64,000 bases of DNA from a virus. The DNA is taken from positions 1-64,000 of the IMG/VR virus record IMGVR_UViG_3300026493_000016; one strand, written 5' to 3'. The notes below the pieces were generated by a model. That model did not search any database. It saw nothing but the letters and a program-made list of their open reading frames with translations, and was not told the origin of the DNA. Shown piece by piece: positions 18,425 through 28,158 of the stretch. Every line of letters begins with the position of its first letter. Position 1 is the first letter of the stretch. A program made the translations under genes and the position numbers.

Positions 18425-18637
18425 ATGAAAATAGTTAAAAGTGTACTAGAAGTACTATTAGTAATCTTACAGATTATAGTTTGTGTACCACTGTTAATAA
18501 TCATGGCTTTAATATCAGTAGCACTCGTTCTAGGAGCTATCGCTTTCGGTTTAGCTTTAGTAATAATTGCAGCTCCTTTCGTTTTAGTTGGAATGGGATA
18601 CGACTATATTAAAGAGAGAGTAAAAGGAAGACGTTAA
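18425..18637 (+). CDS. Membrane protein
   Basis: Long hydrophobic stretch; GAGGTG RBS. Confidence 0.7.
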   Translation: MKIVKSVLEVLLVILQIIVCVPLLIIMALISVALVLGAIAFGLALVIIAAPFVLVGMGYDYIKERVKGRR

Positions 18638-18638
18638 T

Positions 18639-19373
18639 GTGGCAGAGGCTCTCGCTGTCAATTATCTAATAGTGAAGATTATTATAATTGCTTTACTAGG
18701 TTACACGCTCATTCTGTTTTTTGGAGTTAAGAAATCAGTTAAAGAGCATAAAGAAGAGATACACTACAGCGATTCTATTAAAAAAGCGCTAGGTAAGCTT
18801 AGCGAAATAAAAAACGAAATTAAAGGAGAAGGTAGAATGACAAAATTAGACACTAAAGTAGAAGGCGTTAAGAATACAATGAGTTTAACAGATATCGTAA
18901 CACGTAAGGCGACAGTATCTCAATACGGTGAAGTTATTGAATTAGTTGCGCAGCTTATTAAAAATAGATTTGAAAACTATCAGTTCACTCTGTACCCATC
19001 TTCAGATGAAGAGAAGACTCCACACTTTATTCAAATTGTTAGTAATTGGCATGATGACCCAGAACTTCACAAAAAGATTTTTGCTAAAGGTATGGACTAC
19101 GGAATTGATATGAATACCTTACAAGAATTGTTCCGTAATCATATTGCTGATGGTCATGTAATTGATTTAGGTAGTGATGTAGTAGTTATCACTGATGACG
19201 GAGAGAAGTCATCACCTACTAATCTAAGCCCAATCCAAACTGGTTTAGAGGGCTCTGAGGTAGCTGTAATCATCTCGTTCGTTAAGAAAGAGCATTATAA
19301 GGAATGGGTTAAGAATACCTTCGAAGAAGAAGAAAAAGTTAAAGAAAAATTACAATTGGTGGTGAACAACTAA
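18639..19373 (+). CDS. Hypothetical protein with N-terminal TM helix (possible internal start MTKLD)
   Basis: 244-aa ORF. Confidence 0.7.
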   Translation: MAEALAVNYLIVKIIIIALLGYTLILFFGVKKSVKEHKEEIHYSDSIKKALGKLSEIKNEIKGEGRMTKLDTKVEGVKNTMSLTDIVTRKATVSQYGEVIELVAQLIKNRFENYQFTLYPSSDEEKTPHFIQIVSNWHDDPELHKKIFAKGMDYGIDMNTLQELFRNHIADGHVIDLGSDVVVITDDGEKSSPTNLSPIQTGLEGSEVAVIISFVKKEHYKEWVKNTFEEEEKVKEKLQLVVNN

Positions 19374-19771
19374 TGGAACTAGGTAAAGAGGTAAATGAAG
19401 AGTTAGCCTCATTGATAGACGATGTTAAAGTTGAGAAGTTTCCGTCACGACGAACATTCTTGGAAAATTTCATTCTATCAGTTGAGAAGTTTAAGAGACG
19501 AGAAATACTAGGAGGTACTGTTCTTGAGGGTGCAGTATTCCTCCCAGCTGAGTTAGTACAAGCCAAGGACGCAGAAGTAGTCAAGATGATGAAGACTGCT
19601 AAACGAATCAAGAACACACCACACATGAATACTAGTGTTAGTATGGAAAGTAAGACTATCCCTGTAACAGCTGGTGTAAGTGTGACAGGTATCGAGATTG
19701 TATTCGGATTCAAACAAGATAGTGATTTTGATGATATTATTAAAATCGCAAACCATTTTAAAGAGAGATAG
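19373..19771 (+). CDS. Hypothetical protein
   Basis: 132 aa, coupled to upstream ORF. Confidence 0.7.
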   Translation: MELGKEVNEELASLIDDVKVEKFPSRRTFLENFILSVEKFKRREILGGTVLEGAVFLPAELVQAKDAEVVKMMKTAKRIKNTPHMNTSVSMESKTIPVTAGVSVTGIEIVFGFKQDSDFDDIIKIANHFKER

Positions 19772-19802
19772 TAATTCTCTCTTTTTTTTTTATATAAAAG
19801 TA

Positions 19803-19831
19803 TTGACATATAAACTCCTTTAGTGTATAGT
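19803..19831 (+). promoter_or_regulatory. Sigma-A promoter
   Basis: TTGACA-17 nt-TATAGT. Confidence 0.8.
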
Positions 19832-19861
19832 AAACTTATACAAAAGAAAGGAGATAAAAAA

Positions 19862-20101
19862 ATGGCTAGAGAGAAAAATACACACGTAAAGGAGACCAGC
19901 CTAAGATGTAGTGAATGTAACCATGTTACACGACTATGGAGAAGTGGAGGTCGAATGAAAAAGAGAGACCACACAAAAGACCTGCATTGTGTGAAATGCA
20001 ATAAGACAACGGCACATAAAGAATTGAAGTTGGAAGAGGAAATACCAGCTTGGATTGTAGAATTCCAAAAGAGACACGAGGATGAGAGAGGGGATAGTTA
20101 A
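19862..20101 (+). CDS. Zinc-ribbon protein resembling ribosomal protein bL33
   Basis: LRCSECNH...HCVKCNKTTAHKELK; AAAGGAG RBS. Confidence 0.65.
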   Translation: MAREKNTHVKETSLRCSECNHVTRLWRSGGRMKKRDHTKDLHCVKCNKTTAHKELKLEEEIPAWIVEFQKRHEDERGDS

Positions 20102-20102
20102 C

Positions 20103-20315
20103 ATGTTGAAGGTTACTAGAGAGTTATTAGATATCCAAGTTAAAGAGGCGTATAAATTACACGGGGTTACAGATGTACAGAACGACCAAACGTTCCGAGA
20201 GTTCATCCGAGAAAGCGAAAAAGAGTTCGAGATGGCACCACGAAATCTAGATGCGCTATCAGACGATGAGTTAAACAGCTATAGCGACTTCTTGGACGAG
20301 TTATGGAACAAGTAA
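20103..20315 (+). CDS. Hypothetical protein
   Basis: 70 aa, GAGGGG RBS. Confidence 0.7.
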   Translation: MLKVTRELLDIQVKEAYKLHGVTDVQNDQTFREFIRESEKEFEMAPRNLDALSDDELNSYSDFLDELWNK

Positions 20316-20545
20316 GACTACTAATAACTGCATTCTTATGCGTGTTCTGGATGTTTGTTAGGGACATGAAGAAAAGCCCTTTCTTAAGCGGCTCAGAATA
20401 CGCTAGCAGTTTTAAAAGAGCATCATTCACCTGTTGGCTGCTAGGTCACTGGTGGTTTCATATGAAAACGGAACACGGTTACTACTCAAGACACAAAACA
20501 TATTTCTGTCCTGTATGTGGGGCTAAATATTTATATCATTGCTAA
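20303..20545 (+). CDS. DUF1660-like small Cys/His protein
   Basis: CWLLGHWW...CPVCG. Confidence 0.55.
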   Translation: MEQVRLLITAFLCVFWMFVRDMKKSPFLSGSEYASSFKRASFTCWLLGHWWFHMKTEHGYYSRHKTYFCPVCGAKYLYHC

Positions 20546-20557
20546 AGGAGCAAACAA

Positions 20558-21460
20558 ATGACAACATTACAACAGATTAGAGAAAACGACGTAGACTATT
20601 TAACGAATGCTATGTTTAAGGATGTATTAACACATGGTGAGCGCAGAGAGGACAGAACTGGGACAGGTACTATTAGTCTATTTAATGTGAATCACACATT
20701 CGATTGCAGCAATAAGTTCCCTGTAGTTACAAATAAGAAGGTACCACTGCGAGTAGTATTCGAAGAGCTTATGTGGTTCTTAAGCGGAAGTACGGACTTA
20801 AAGTGGTTGTTAGATAGAAATGTCCATATATGGGATGCAGATGCACATAGATTCTATCAAGAACAAGGTGGAGAGTTAGACTTTGATAGTTTCATTGAGA
20901 TGGCTAGCATCTACGGATTCGATTTAGGACCTATTTATGGCAAACAATGGACTGACTGGAACAGTGAAGGGTTTAATCAGATTGAATGGGTAATTAACGA
21001 GATTAAGACAAACCCAGAATCAAGACGACTGTATATCAGCGCGTGGCACCCGACAGCTTTCAAGAAGGCAGCATTACCTTGTTGTCACGTATCATTCCAA
21101 TTCTATGTAAGTAATAAGGATACTTTGAATCTTAAATTCTCGATGCGTTCTAACGATTTATTCTTAGGTTACGCATTTAATGTAAGCTCTTATGGATATT
21201 TGTTATTCTTAGTAGCGGCTATGACTGGATTAAAAGTAGGCTCGCTAACGTATGATGCAGGGGATGCACATATCTACTTAAATCATCTAAAACAAGTAGA
21301 ATTACAAATTTCTCGTAAACCATTCCCGCAGCCACAACTTAAAGTTAACGGCGTGAAAGATAAGATTACAGATTACAAGTGGGAAGACATGGAATTCACG
21401 GAGTATCAACACCATGAAACTATCAAAGGAAAAGTATCTGTGGGCGAGGTGAAAGCATGA
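20558..21460 (+). CDS. thyA: Thymidylate synthase
   Basis: DRTGTGT, ELMWFLSG, LGPIYGKQW, SRR, LPCCH, RSNDLFLG..FN, DAHIY. Confidence 0.97.
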   Translation: MTTLQQIRENDVDYLTNAMFKDVLTHGERREDRTGTGTISLFNVNHTFDCSNKFPVVTNKKVPLRVVFEELMWFLSGSTDLKWLLDRNVHIWDADAHRFYQEQGGELDFDSFIEMASIYGFDLGPIYGKQWTDWNSEGFNQIEWVINEIKTNPESRRLYISAWHPTAFKKAALPCCHVSFQFYVSNKDTLNLKFSMRSNDLFLGYAFNVSSYGYLLFLVAAMTGLKVGSLTYDAGDAHIYLNHLKQVELQISRKPFPQPQLKVNGVKDKITDYKWEDMEFTEYQHHETIKGKVSVGEVKA

Positions 21461-21630
21461 CAACTAAATTCGAAGATGATATGTTAAGCCTATACATGTG
21501 GATGGACCGTAGAGCGAAGAATGGACATGTAACTAAAGATATGGTAAAGTACATGATAAAAGAGTTCCAAACGGCGGTTAAGCGAGATTTCCCAGAAGAG
21601 ATTGCGAAATATAAGGAGGAAGCAAAATGA
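21457..21630 (+). CDS. Hypothetical protein (57 aa)
   Basis: MTTKFEDDMLSLYMW...; ATGA overlap with thyA. Confidence 0.65.
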   Translation: MTTKFEDDMLSLYMWMDRRAKNGHVTKDMVKYMIKEFQTAVKRDFPEEIAKYKEEAK

Positions 21631-21764
21631 ACAACGTACAATTATTAATTAATGAGTTAAAGGATATGCAGGTGTTATTTGATAAAGGGTTTATGAGTGC
21701 AGCGGAGTTTGACCGCATCAAGACCACGATTAATCAAGAAATTGAATTATCGGAGGTAAGATAA
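21627..21764 (+). CDS. SHOCT-like small protein (45 aa)
   Basis: ELKDMQVLFDKGFMSAAEFDRIK pattern; AGGAGG RBS. Confidence 0.6.
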   Translation: MNNVQLLINELKDMQVLFDKGFMSAAEFDRIKTTINQEIELSEVR

Positions 21765-22426
21765 TGAGTTATAGTGACATCCATCACCCGTTTGATAAGT
21801 TAGGTATTAAACATAAAATTGCGATTACAGGGTTAGCTCGAACAGGTAAATCAACAGCAGCTGACTACGCTAGTGAAATGTATGGTTTCTACGTATATGA
21901 CATGAGCGATGACTTGAAATTAGATTATAATAATGAAGCGTACTCTAAAGGGGCGTCTACCTACGAAGACCACGAAGGTAAGCCTAGAGAAGGATATCAA
22001 CTATTCGGTCAATTAAAACGATACGTACACGGAGATGATTACTGGATTCATAAAGTGCAGGAACGTATCTCACGAGATTCGTTTGCTATTAAAAACAGAA
22101 AATACGAATCTGGTCCAGTAACATTAAGAAATAACCCACATCAGAAGGTTTTGTTAACTGGTCTTAGGCAACCTAATGAGTTCGAGTACGCTCGCGCGAA
22201 CGGTTTTACTATAATTAGACTGGAAGTAGATGAAGACATCCGTATCGAGCGTATAAAAGCGTCTGGTGAGGTTGCAGACGAGAAGACTATTAAGCATGAA
22301 ACAGAGCAGACATTAATGAACGAAAAAGTAGATTACGTAGTTAAGAATAACACGAATAACCCAGAGAATATGATTGACTGGTTGGATGAAATTATTAGAG
22401 ATACTATTAACGAGGGGCGATTTTAA
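21764..22426 (+). CDS. Deoxynucleoside monophosphate kinase
   Basis: P-loop GLARTGKST, REGYQLFG, LRQPNE, HETE motifs. Confidence 0.85.
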   Translation: MSYSDIHHPFDKLGIKHKIAITGLARTGKSTAADYASEMYGFYVYDMSDDLKLDYNNEAYSKGASTYEDHEGKPREGYQLFGQLKRYVHGDDYWIHKVQERISRDSFAIKNRKYESGPVTLRNNPHQKVLLTGLRQPNEFEYARANGFTIIRLEVDEDIRIERIKASGEVADEKTIKHETEQTLMNEKVDYVVKNNTNNPENMIDWLDEIIRDTINEGRF

Positions 22427-22740
22427 TGAGTAGACGAGAAGAGTTAGAGAATAAGTTGTCAGACCTTAAAGAGAGTCTGGAAGTAGCGGAAGGATTACTA
22501 GATGAAGCAGATACAACGTGTAATGAGACAGAATATGAAATCGATAGTTTAGAAAGTGAAGCTGAGGCATTGCAACGAGATTTAGACGAGGTAGAGAGCC
22601 AACTGGATAGCATGAGAGATAAACTAAAAGATGATGAGAGAGAATACACACGACTAGAAGAAAAGGTAGATAATGTAGAAGCGGAAATCAGTGAAGTAGA
22701 GTATCAGCTAGATAATTTAGAGGAAGAGGAAGAAGAGTAA
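22426..22740 (+). CDS. Very acidic coiled-coil protein
   Basis: Heptad repeats, E/D-rich. Confidence 0.75.
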   Translation: MSRREELENKLSDLKESLEVAEGLLDEADTTCNETEYEIDSLESEAEALQRDLDEVESQLDSMRDKLKDDEREYTRLEEKVDNVEAEISEVEYQLDNLEEEEEE

Positions 22741-22769
22741 AATCTTCTTCTTTTTTTTATATAAAAGTA

Positions 22770-22798
22770 TTGCAATCTAAAAAACTATGTGTTATGAT
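22770..22798 (+). promoter_or_regulatory. Sigma-A promoter
   Basis: TTGCAA-17 nt-TATGAT with TG. Confidence 0.75.
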
Positions 22799-22827
22799 TA
22801 GTTCATACCAAATAAGGAGGAGATAAA

Positions 22828-23202
22828 ATGGATACAAGAGCTTTTGTCGTATTTAAAGAAATCAAAGAATGGGAAGTAGAGCATGGAGAGTCATTTATTG
22901 ACCATTACGGATACAATATTGAGGCTCCCGATTTTATGGAGTGGGCATTAGAGAAAAAGTTAATTACAGATGCGCAATTTGATGGTTGGCAAGATGCATA
23001 CCCTTCGTTAGAGGCAGATGACCCTAACTATTACATCATGACAGATGACAAAGATGTGACTTGGGCATTAATAATTGATGTGGAACGTACAGAAGAAAGT
23101 GAAGATAAAGGATTGATATATCTAGCTAACTTTATTGCAGAACGTGATGACTTGTTAGAAGAGTTTAGAGAATTTATTGATGGAGAGGACGAAGGATATT
23201 GA
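22828..23202 (+). CDS. Highly acidic hypothetical protein
   Basis: 124 aa, strong AAGGAGG RBS. Confidence 0.75.
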   Translation: MDTRAFVVFKEIKEWEVEHGESFIDHYGYNIEAPDFMEWALEKKLITDAQFDGWQDAYPSLEADDPNYYIMTDDKDVTWALIIDVERTEESEDKGLIYLANFIAERDDLLEEFREFIDGEDEGY

Positions 23203-23702
23203 TTATCAGCAGCATTGTAGCACGAGACATGAATGGCGCGATTGGTCGTAATAACGAACTATTATTTAGAGCTAAAGAAGACATGGAATGGTTTAAGAAA
23301 AATACAATGGGTAAGGTTGTTATCATGGGTTCTACTACACACCTATCAATCGGAAGATTCCTAGATGGTAGAATCAATGTGGTGTTAACTAGAAACCCAG
23401 ACTTCGTACCATTAGACGAAGATGTACAGGTTTTTAATAATATTCAAGAAGTTTTAAACAAATTTAAGGATGAAAAAGAACTTATGGTAATCGGAGGCGG
23501 TCAGATTTACGAGCAATTTGCTCCGATGATTAATCGTCACTATGTGACAGAGATTAAATACAAGTTTAAGGACCCAGACACTTTTTATCCAGATTTCGAT
23601 AAAGAGGTGTATAAAGAGTTCTTCCCTAAATTTAATGAAGGCATAAAGATGTATAAAAATGATATTGAGTATGAATTCAAAGTATATAAGAAGGTGGACT
23701 GA
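23199..23702 (+). CDS. folA: Dihydrofolate reductase
   Basis: VARDMNGAIGRNNEL, DMEWFKKNTMGKVVIMG, GRINVVLTR, VIGGGQIY, DTFYP. Confidence 0.95.
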   Translation: MIISSIVARDMNGAIGRNNELLFRAKEDMEWFKKNTMGKVVIMGSTTHLSIGRFLDGRINVVLTRNPDFVPLDEDVQVFNNIQEVLNKFKDEKELMVIGGGQIYEQFAPMINRHYVTEIKYKFKDPDTFYPDFDKEVYKEFFPKFNEGIKMYKNDIEYEFKVYKKVD

Positions 23703-23706
23703 TAAT

Positions 23707-23883
23707 ATGTTGATTATTGATAGTGGGTATTTAGAGTTTAGAAACTTTGATAAGGCTGTAGAAGGTCTTGAACTTGAGTATGGATACGAAGGTATGGGAT
23801 GGGAAATGGTTAAAGCTAGCGGAGACATGGATGTGTTATTAGACTTCTTGGAATCTGATGGAATTAACGCGGAGGTTGAATGA
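23707..23883 (+). CDS. Hypothetical acidic protein
   Basis: MLIIDSGYL..., 58 aa. Confidence 0.6.
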   Translation: MLIIDSGYLEFRNFDKAVEGLELEYGYEGMGWEMVKASGDMDVLLDFLESDGINAEVE

Positions 23884-23962
23884 TGACATTTTTTCTAGAA
23901 CTATTGGGAGTGATTCTGGATACATTAGGAGCATGGGCGCATTCACAAGAGGAGGATAATAA

Positions 23963-24277
23963 ATGAATATTAGAATTGGAGACAAGTATTTACTAACATC
24001 AGATACACATAATATTATTATCAACGAGAAGGTAAAAAAAGTACAAAAGAAAGACGAGACAGACGAGGCGTTCGCGGAGAGAAACAAAGAAGACAAGTTT
24101 GCAGCTACAGGTTATCATTCTAATGTGGAGAAGGCATGCATTCACTTATTGAACCAAGTAGGAAAGGAAGAGAAGGATACTATCCTAACATTGGACATGC
24201 TGGTCCATGAGATTAGACAAGCTAAAGAAGAAATAAAAGAAATGGGATTATCTTTAGAAAAGCCTTTACAAGACTAG
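23963..24277 (+). CDS. Hypothetical protein (DUF5405-like)
   Basis: MNIRIGDKYLLTSDTHNIII...GYHSN pattern. Confidence 0.65.
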   Translation: MNIRIGDKYLLTSDTHNIIINEKVKKVQKKDETDEAFAERNKEDKFAATGYHSNVEKACIHLLNQVGKEEKDTILTLDMLVHEIRQAKEEIKEMGLSLEKPLQD

Positions 24278-24384
24278 CAATCTATGATAATATATAAATT
24301 GTAGAAAGTGGTGATGAGATGAACAAGAATATATAGACTCACAGTCATCATAAATAATAAAAAAAAAACTCGGAGGTAGTTAAT

Positions 24385-24972
24385 ATGAATTTAACAGAAG
24401 TTAGAGATTTATTAAAAGATGTGTTAGATGGCGGGAGAATGACGAAAGAGAATAAAGAGAAGTTAGCTGAGGCTTACCACCAAGTTAACGAAAAGGTAGA
24501 AAAGAATAAATACCGTGATGAGCAGCGCGCTAAAGGTGGAGAATTTGCAGACTATGGTGTGTCTGCAATCATCAAAGATATGACAGGCGCAATGAACATC
24601 TTCAATAAGTACCCTAAGGCTCATAATTGTGCAGTAGACGATGTTAAGCACTTAGACGGAATCCGTCAAGACATGTTCCATGACGCAGAGTTTTTACGTA
24701 AAGGTAAAACGGTAGAAGAGAAGGCAGCTAAATGGGACGAGCTAGGACGAGCAGCAGAGCGTCGTCGTGTAGCTAAGGAACTTATTGAAGCAACAAAACC
24801 TATTAAACTATTAATGGCTAAATACAAGAATAATGACATTGCTAAAGATATGAGAGATTTATTAGCTCAGCTACGTAACATTGAAAAGATTCAAAGTGAA
24901 CGACACTACGAGCCTCGCGTTCTAAATGAGATGGAAGAGGCATTTGCACAGGCGAAAGGGGTGAAACACTAA
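24385..24972 (+). CDS. Helical hypothetical protein
   Basis: 195 aa, GGAGGT RBS. Confidence 0.75.
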   Translation: MNLTEVRDLLKDVLDGGRMTKENKEKLAEAYHQVNEKVEKNKYRDEQRAKGGEFADYGVSAIIKDMTGAMNIFNKYPKAHNCAVDDVKHLDGIRQDMFHDAEFLRKGKTVEEKAAKWDELGRAAERRRVAKELIEATKPIKLLMAKYKNNDIAKDMRDLLAQLRNIEKIQSERHYEPRVLNEMEEAFAQAKGVKH

Positions 24973-25144
24973 TGAGAGACATTGCAGGTACACTACTTTA
25001 TAAAATATGTGATGCAGTAGGGACATTATCCGTTTTCTTTATTATAACAGATGATTTTAAGGCGAAATACTTAGTAGCGCTAGGTATCAGTACGATAATA
25101 TCCACATTACTACCATATGAAGTTAGTAGAAAGGAAGGTTAATA

Positions 25145-25303
25145 ATGACAAGACATGCACGATACAAGCAACTAGGTAAATGTACAATTAAGCAAGGAAC
25201 CATCAATAGCATTATGCTGCGAACACCTACGATTGAAGAGAATGTATTTGTATTTAAGAACATTGGAATTCTAGTAAAGTCAAATAAGAAGGTGAGACCA
25301 TGA
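25145..25303 (+). CDS. MTRH-family small basic protein
   Basis: MTRHARYKQLGKCTIK..., 52 aa, AAGGAAGGT RBS. Confidence 0.6.
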   Translation: MTRHARYKQLGKCTIKQGTINSIMLRTPTIEENVFVFKNIGILVKSNKKVRP

Positions 25304-25491
25304 TTGAATATAACACATCAATGAAAATGAAGGTTGGTATGATTTTAATAACTGTTCTATATTGTACGTTTAGTTTTGTAGACACACCATTTCAGTACCG
25401 ATTAGCTATGTTCGGTCTGTTATCGTATCACCTGTACCTATTTTGGGAACAATATGTGATTCTACCAAAAGGAGCTGGATATAATGTTTAA
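25300..25491 (+). CDS. Small membrane protein
   Basis: Two hydrophobic segments. Confidence 0.6.
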   Translation: MIEYNTSMKMKVGMILITVLYCTFSFVDTPFQYRLAMFGLLSYHLYLFWEQYVILPKGAGYNV

Positions 25492-25960
25492 GGTTCACGA
25501 TAAAGCGGTAATTAGATTTTATGAAAGATACAATGGAGCAACATATGTAGATGGTAAAGTTGTTAACATTGATGACGATGTTATAGTAGTTCATGTAGAT
25601 AACCCTATCAAGAAGGAAGGAGAGCCGAAAGTTAAATCATTCTTCTTCGATAACAAAACGCTAAGAGAAAAGAGTTCGCGAGGATGGGATTCGAGCTATC
25701 CTATGGATTACGATATGGAACATAATAGAATTACTGTAGAGCTTTTAAGTAAAAAAGAGGCTCGTAAACACAAAGCTAAATATGTGTTAATCCATATGAA
25801 GAACGGAGAACAGTTGTGCTTATATCATGAGTACGAGTCTAGTATCGAAAGTTTACTAGAAGATGATAATAAGACATTAAAATTCTTCAACTACGAGTTT
25901 ACTAAATCATTTGTGATTCGATTAGATGAAACCATTATGTTTGAGGAGGATGTAAAATGA
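25484..25960 (+). CDS. Hypothetical protein (SH3/Sm-like beta domains)
   Basis: 158 aa. Confidence 0.7.
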   Translation: MFKVHDKAVIRFYERYNGATYVDGKVVNIDDDVIVVHVDNPIKKEGEPKVKSFFFDNKTLREKSSRGWDSSYPMDYDMEHNRITVELLSKKEARKHKAKYVLIHMKNGEQLCLYHEYESSIESLLEDDNKTLKFFNYEFTKSFVIRLDETIMFEEDVK

Positions 25961-26123
25961 GCGCTGTAGGTGTTATTTGCGGACTAAACATTTTAGCGAT
26001 TATCGCTTGCTTGTTCGTATTATGGGCAGAATACGATTACTTAGAAACTACAAGTAAGATTATTATGCTCGCAATGTCGTTAATAAATGTTATTAGTCTA
26101 CTAATTAATATGGGTATGATACG

Positions 26124-26372
26124 ATGAGTTTACTATGCAAATGGTTTGGGCATAAACGTGGAGATGTTAGACCTTGGAAACCTACACCTCTAGGAATATC
26201 TCGAGGGTATACTAAGGAGAAGATAGAGGTATTATTTACCGTAGAGAGTAACTGTCCGCGTTGTGGCGCGAAAGAGACAGAACTAAAATGGTTCAGATTA
26301 GAAGAATGGGAAAATAGATACACATATAAAACGATGGGCTGTGAGTTCTTAATGAAGAGAAACTTAGATTAA
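26124..26372 (+). CDS. DUF1660-like protein
   Basis: LLCKWFGHK...CPRCG. Confidence 0.65.
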   Translation: MSLLCKWFGHKRGDVRPWKPTPLGISRGYTKEKIEVLFTVESNCPRCGAKETELKWFRLEEWENRYTYKTMGCEFLMKRNLD

Positions 26373-26397
26373 TTTCTAAGTTTTTTTTTATTTTCTC

Positions 26398-26426
26398 TTG
26401 TAATCTATGGAATATTATGCTATTAT
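26398..26426 (+). promoter_or_regulatory. Sigma-A promoter
   Basis: TTGTAA-17 nt-TATTAT with TG, after a terminator-like hairpin/T run. Confidence 0.65.
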
Positions 26427-26450
26427 TTAATCATAAGGAGGAGATACAAT

Positions 26451-26732
26451 ATGGAATTTTTAGAAATAGACCTATTTCACAGATACTGGGTATTCCACAC
26501 AGTAGAGTACTACCCAAACGGGGACTTTGGTGACATTGTATTTACATCAGACCATTGGATGGACGTAGAACGACTGCTAAAAGAGCCGGATATGGAGACA
26601 TTGCAAGAGTTCAATTTATTCTTACAAGACTACAACATTATGGTGTTCGATTCGGAAACGAAAGAGACGTGGACCCCTAACGGAGGTTGGACGGAACACA
26701 GACCTAAAACAATACAGAAGGTGGACTACTAA
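26451..26732 (+). CDS. Hypothetical protein
   Basis: 93 aa, strong RBS. Confidence 0.75.
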   Translation: MEFLEIDLFHRYWVFHTVEYYPNGDFGDIVFTSDHWMDVERLLKEPDMETLQEFNLFLQDYNIMVFDSETKETWTPNGGWTEHRPKTIQKVDY

Positions 26733-27013
26733 TGGCAAAACATTCCTTGACATTTTATAACAACGGTGTTACACTTAGAAAGTACGGAGGAACAGCAACG
26801 GACATGTATTACATGGAGCGAGATTGGTGGAACACAGCGCACATTATGTTCCCTCGTATTATGGAAGGCGAGTTAGTTTTAGTAAGAAAGTATAATGGTA
26901 GAAAATATGTTTGTGGTAGATTTATAGTAGATAAATTTGGAGGGATAACAAATGCTAGCGACAATGGAAAGACCGAAACGACTGGAGCCAAAATCAACAT
27001 CACCTGTGGATGA
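26732..27013 (+). CDS. Hypothetical protein
   Basis: 93 aa, coupled start. Confidence 0.65.
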   Translation: MAKHSLTFYNNGVTLRKYGGTATDMYYMERDWWNTAHIMFPRIMEGELVLVRKYNGRKYVCGRFIVDKFGGITNASDNGKTETTGAKINITCG

Positions 27014-27176
27014 CGAGTATTACGTACTAGTACTAAACGGGAGACCTTATGGTTCTGGTCGTATGGACTACATGAAAGAATTGATATGGGACAGGCTGTT
27101 TTGCTTCCCTAAAAACAATGATGAATTTAAAGTGTTAACAAAAGAACAGGCAAGGAAGGAGTTTATCTATGTTTAG
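26952..27176 (+). CDS. Hypothetical protein
   Basis: ORF track; start uncertain. Confidence 0.55.
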   Translation: MLATMERPKRLEPKSTSPVDDEYYVLVLNGRPYGSGRMDYMKELIWDRLFCFPKNNDEFKVLTKEQARKEFIYV

Positions 27177-27363
27177 AGAAAAAATTAAAGTTGTCGATAA
27201 GAACGGTTTAGTAGGTTACCATTTTCATGAGCAGTTGATGACATTCGGGACACTATATCAGGGTTGTGTTATCCACTTACAAAAGGAGCCATATGTTGTC
27301 GAGATGTTGGAAGTAGACCATATGCATGTAGTTACAATAAGAGTACGGAGGTTAGGACGATGA
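27169..27363 (+). CDS. Hypothetical protein
   Basis: 64 aa, AAGGAG RBS. Confidence 0.65.
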   Translation: MFREKIKVVDKNGLVGYHFHEQLMTFGTLYQGCVIHLQKEPYVVEMLEVDHMHVVTIRVRRLGR

Positions 27364-27716
27364 TTAGAGAGCGCGATAGAGTTTATTTAGAAGATGCAGG
27401 ATACAAGTACGAAGGGTTAGTCGGAGTAGTAGAAGAAAACCCATACAGTAAACAGGTGTGGATTAAGTTCCCTAACCATGAGAGCTCTGTTGTTATGCCG
27501 CTAAATAAGGTTAAGTTGTTAGATAGACCGTTCCTATCATTCTTCGACGCCATCAGAATTGCAGAAGAAGAGGATGTTTTAGTTTGTGAGTATGCTGGAT
27601 ACCAAAATATCGTTTGTGATGATAAGTACGCATTCACATGGGAAGAGAGCCAAAAGACGGTTAAACTTGTCGGCGAATTTATCGGTATGAAATGGAAAAT
27701 AGCCATTGACAATTAA
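27360..27716 (+). CDS. Hypothetical protein with SH3/KOW-like N-terminus
   Basis: Start MIRERDRV after GGAGGT. Confidence 0.7.
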   Translation: MIRERDRVYLEDAGYKYEGLVGVVEENPYSKQVWIKFPNHESSVVMPLNKVKLLDRPFLSFFDAIRIAEEEDVLVCEYAGYQNIVCDDKYAFTWEESQKTVKLVGEFIGMKWKIAIDN

Positions 27717-27756
27717 AGATGAGTAGTGTAATATATACCTATAAGGAGGAGATAAT

Positions 27757-28158
27757 ATGTTACAAATAGTAGATAACGAAAATAATGAAGGCACATTAAC
27801 AATTACCGAGTCAGGAGATAGACTTAAGTTTAAGGTTAGTGATAACAACACGGACGAGCAGTATTCTATTAAACTGGGTTATAAGAAACTTAAAAAGTTA
27901 TCAGACAAGTTGCACGATTTTCTAAACACAGAAGAAAACGATATCGAAGACGGTGCGTCTATTATCATTACAAAGAAGACTAAGTTCTTAGAGGTTGAGC
28001 TTTCATTTGTAGATATCGGGTTCGTGGTAGGTACGATGGATGGAAGTAGACAGGATGACTGGGAAGTTCTATCGGTCCAGCACCATCATTTGGAAAGCAT
28101 TGTAGAAAAGATTGATGATAAGTTAATTTCTCTGGAGGAGGATATGCTTAATGTTTAA
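27757..28158 (+). CDS. Expanded paralog family member (beta-beta-beta-alpha repeat)
   Basis: 133 aa; own TTGACA-17-TAATAT promoter at 27706-27734. Confidence 0.75.
   Translation: MLQIVDNENNEGTLTITESGDRLKFKVSDNNTDEQYSIKLGYKKLKKLSDKLHDFLNTEENDIEDGASIIITKKTKFLEVELSFVDIGFVVGTMDGSRQDDWEVLSVQHHHLESIVEKIDDKLISLEEDMLNV

Noticed and set aside
19339-20001. 220-aa minus-strand ORF
   Set aside because: Antisense to two well-formed plus-strand genes and spans their promoter and terminator; no RBS.
27360-27716. Third Tad2-like domain (LSFFDAIR...KWKI)
   Set aside because: Only terminal pattern similarity; too weak to call without a profile search.
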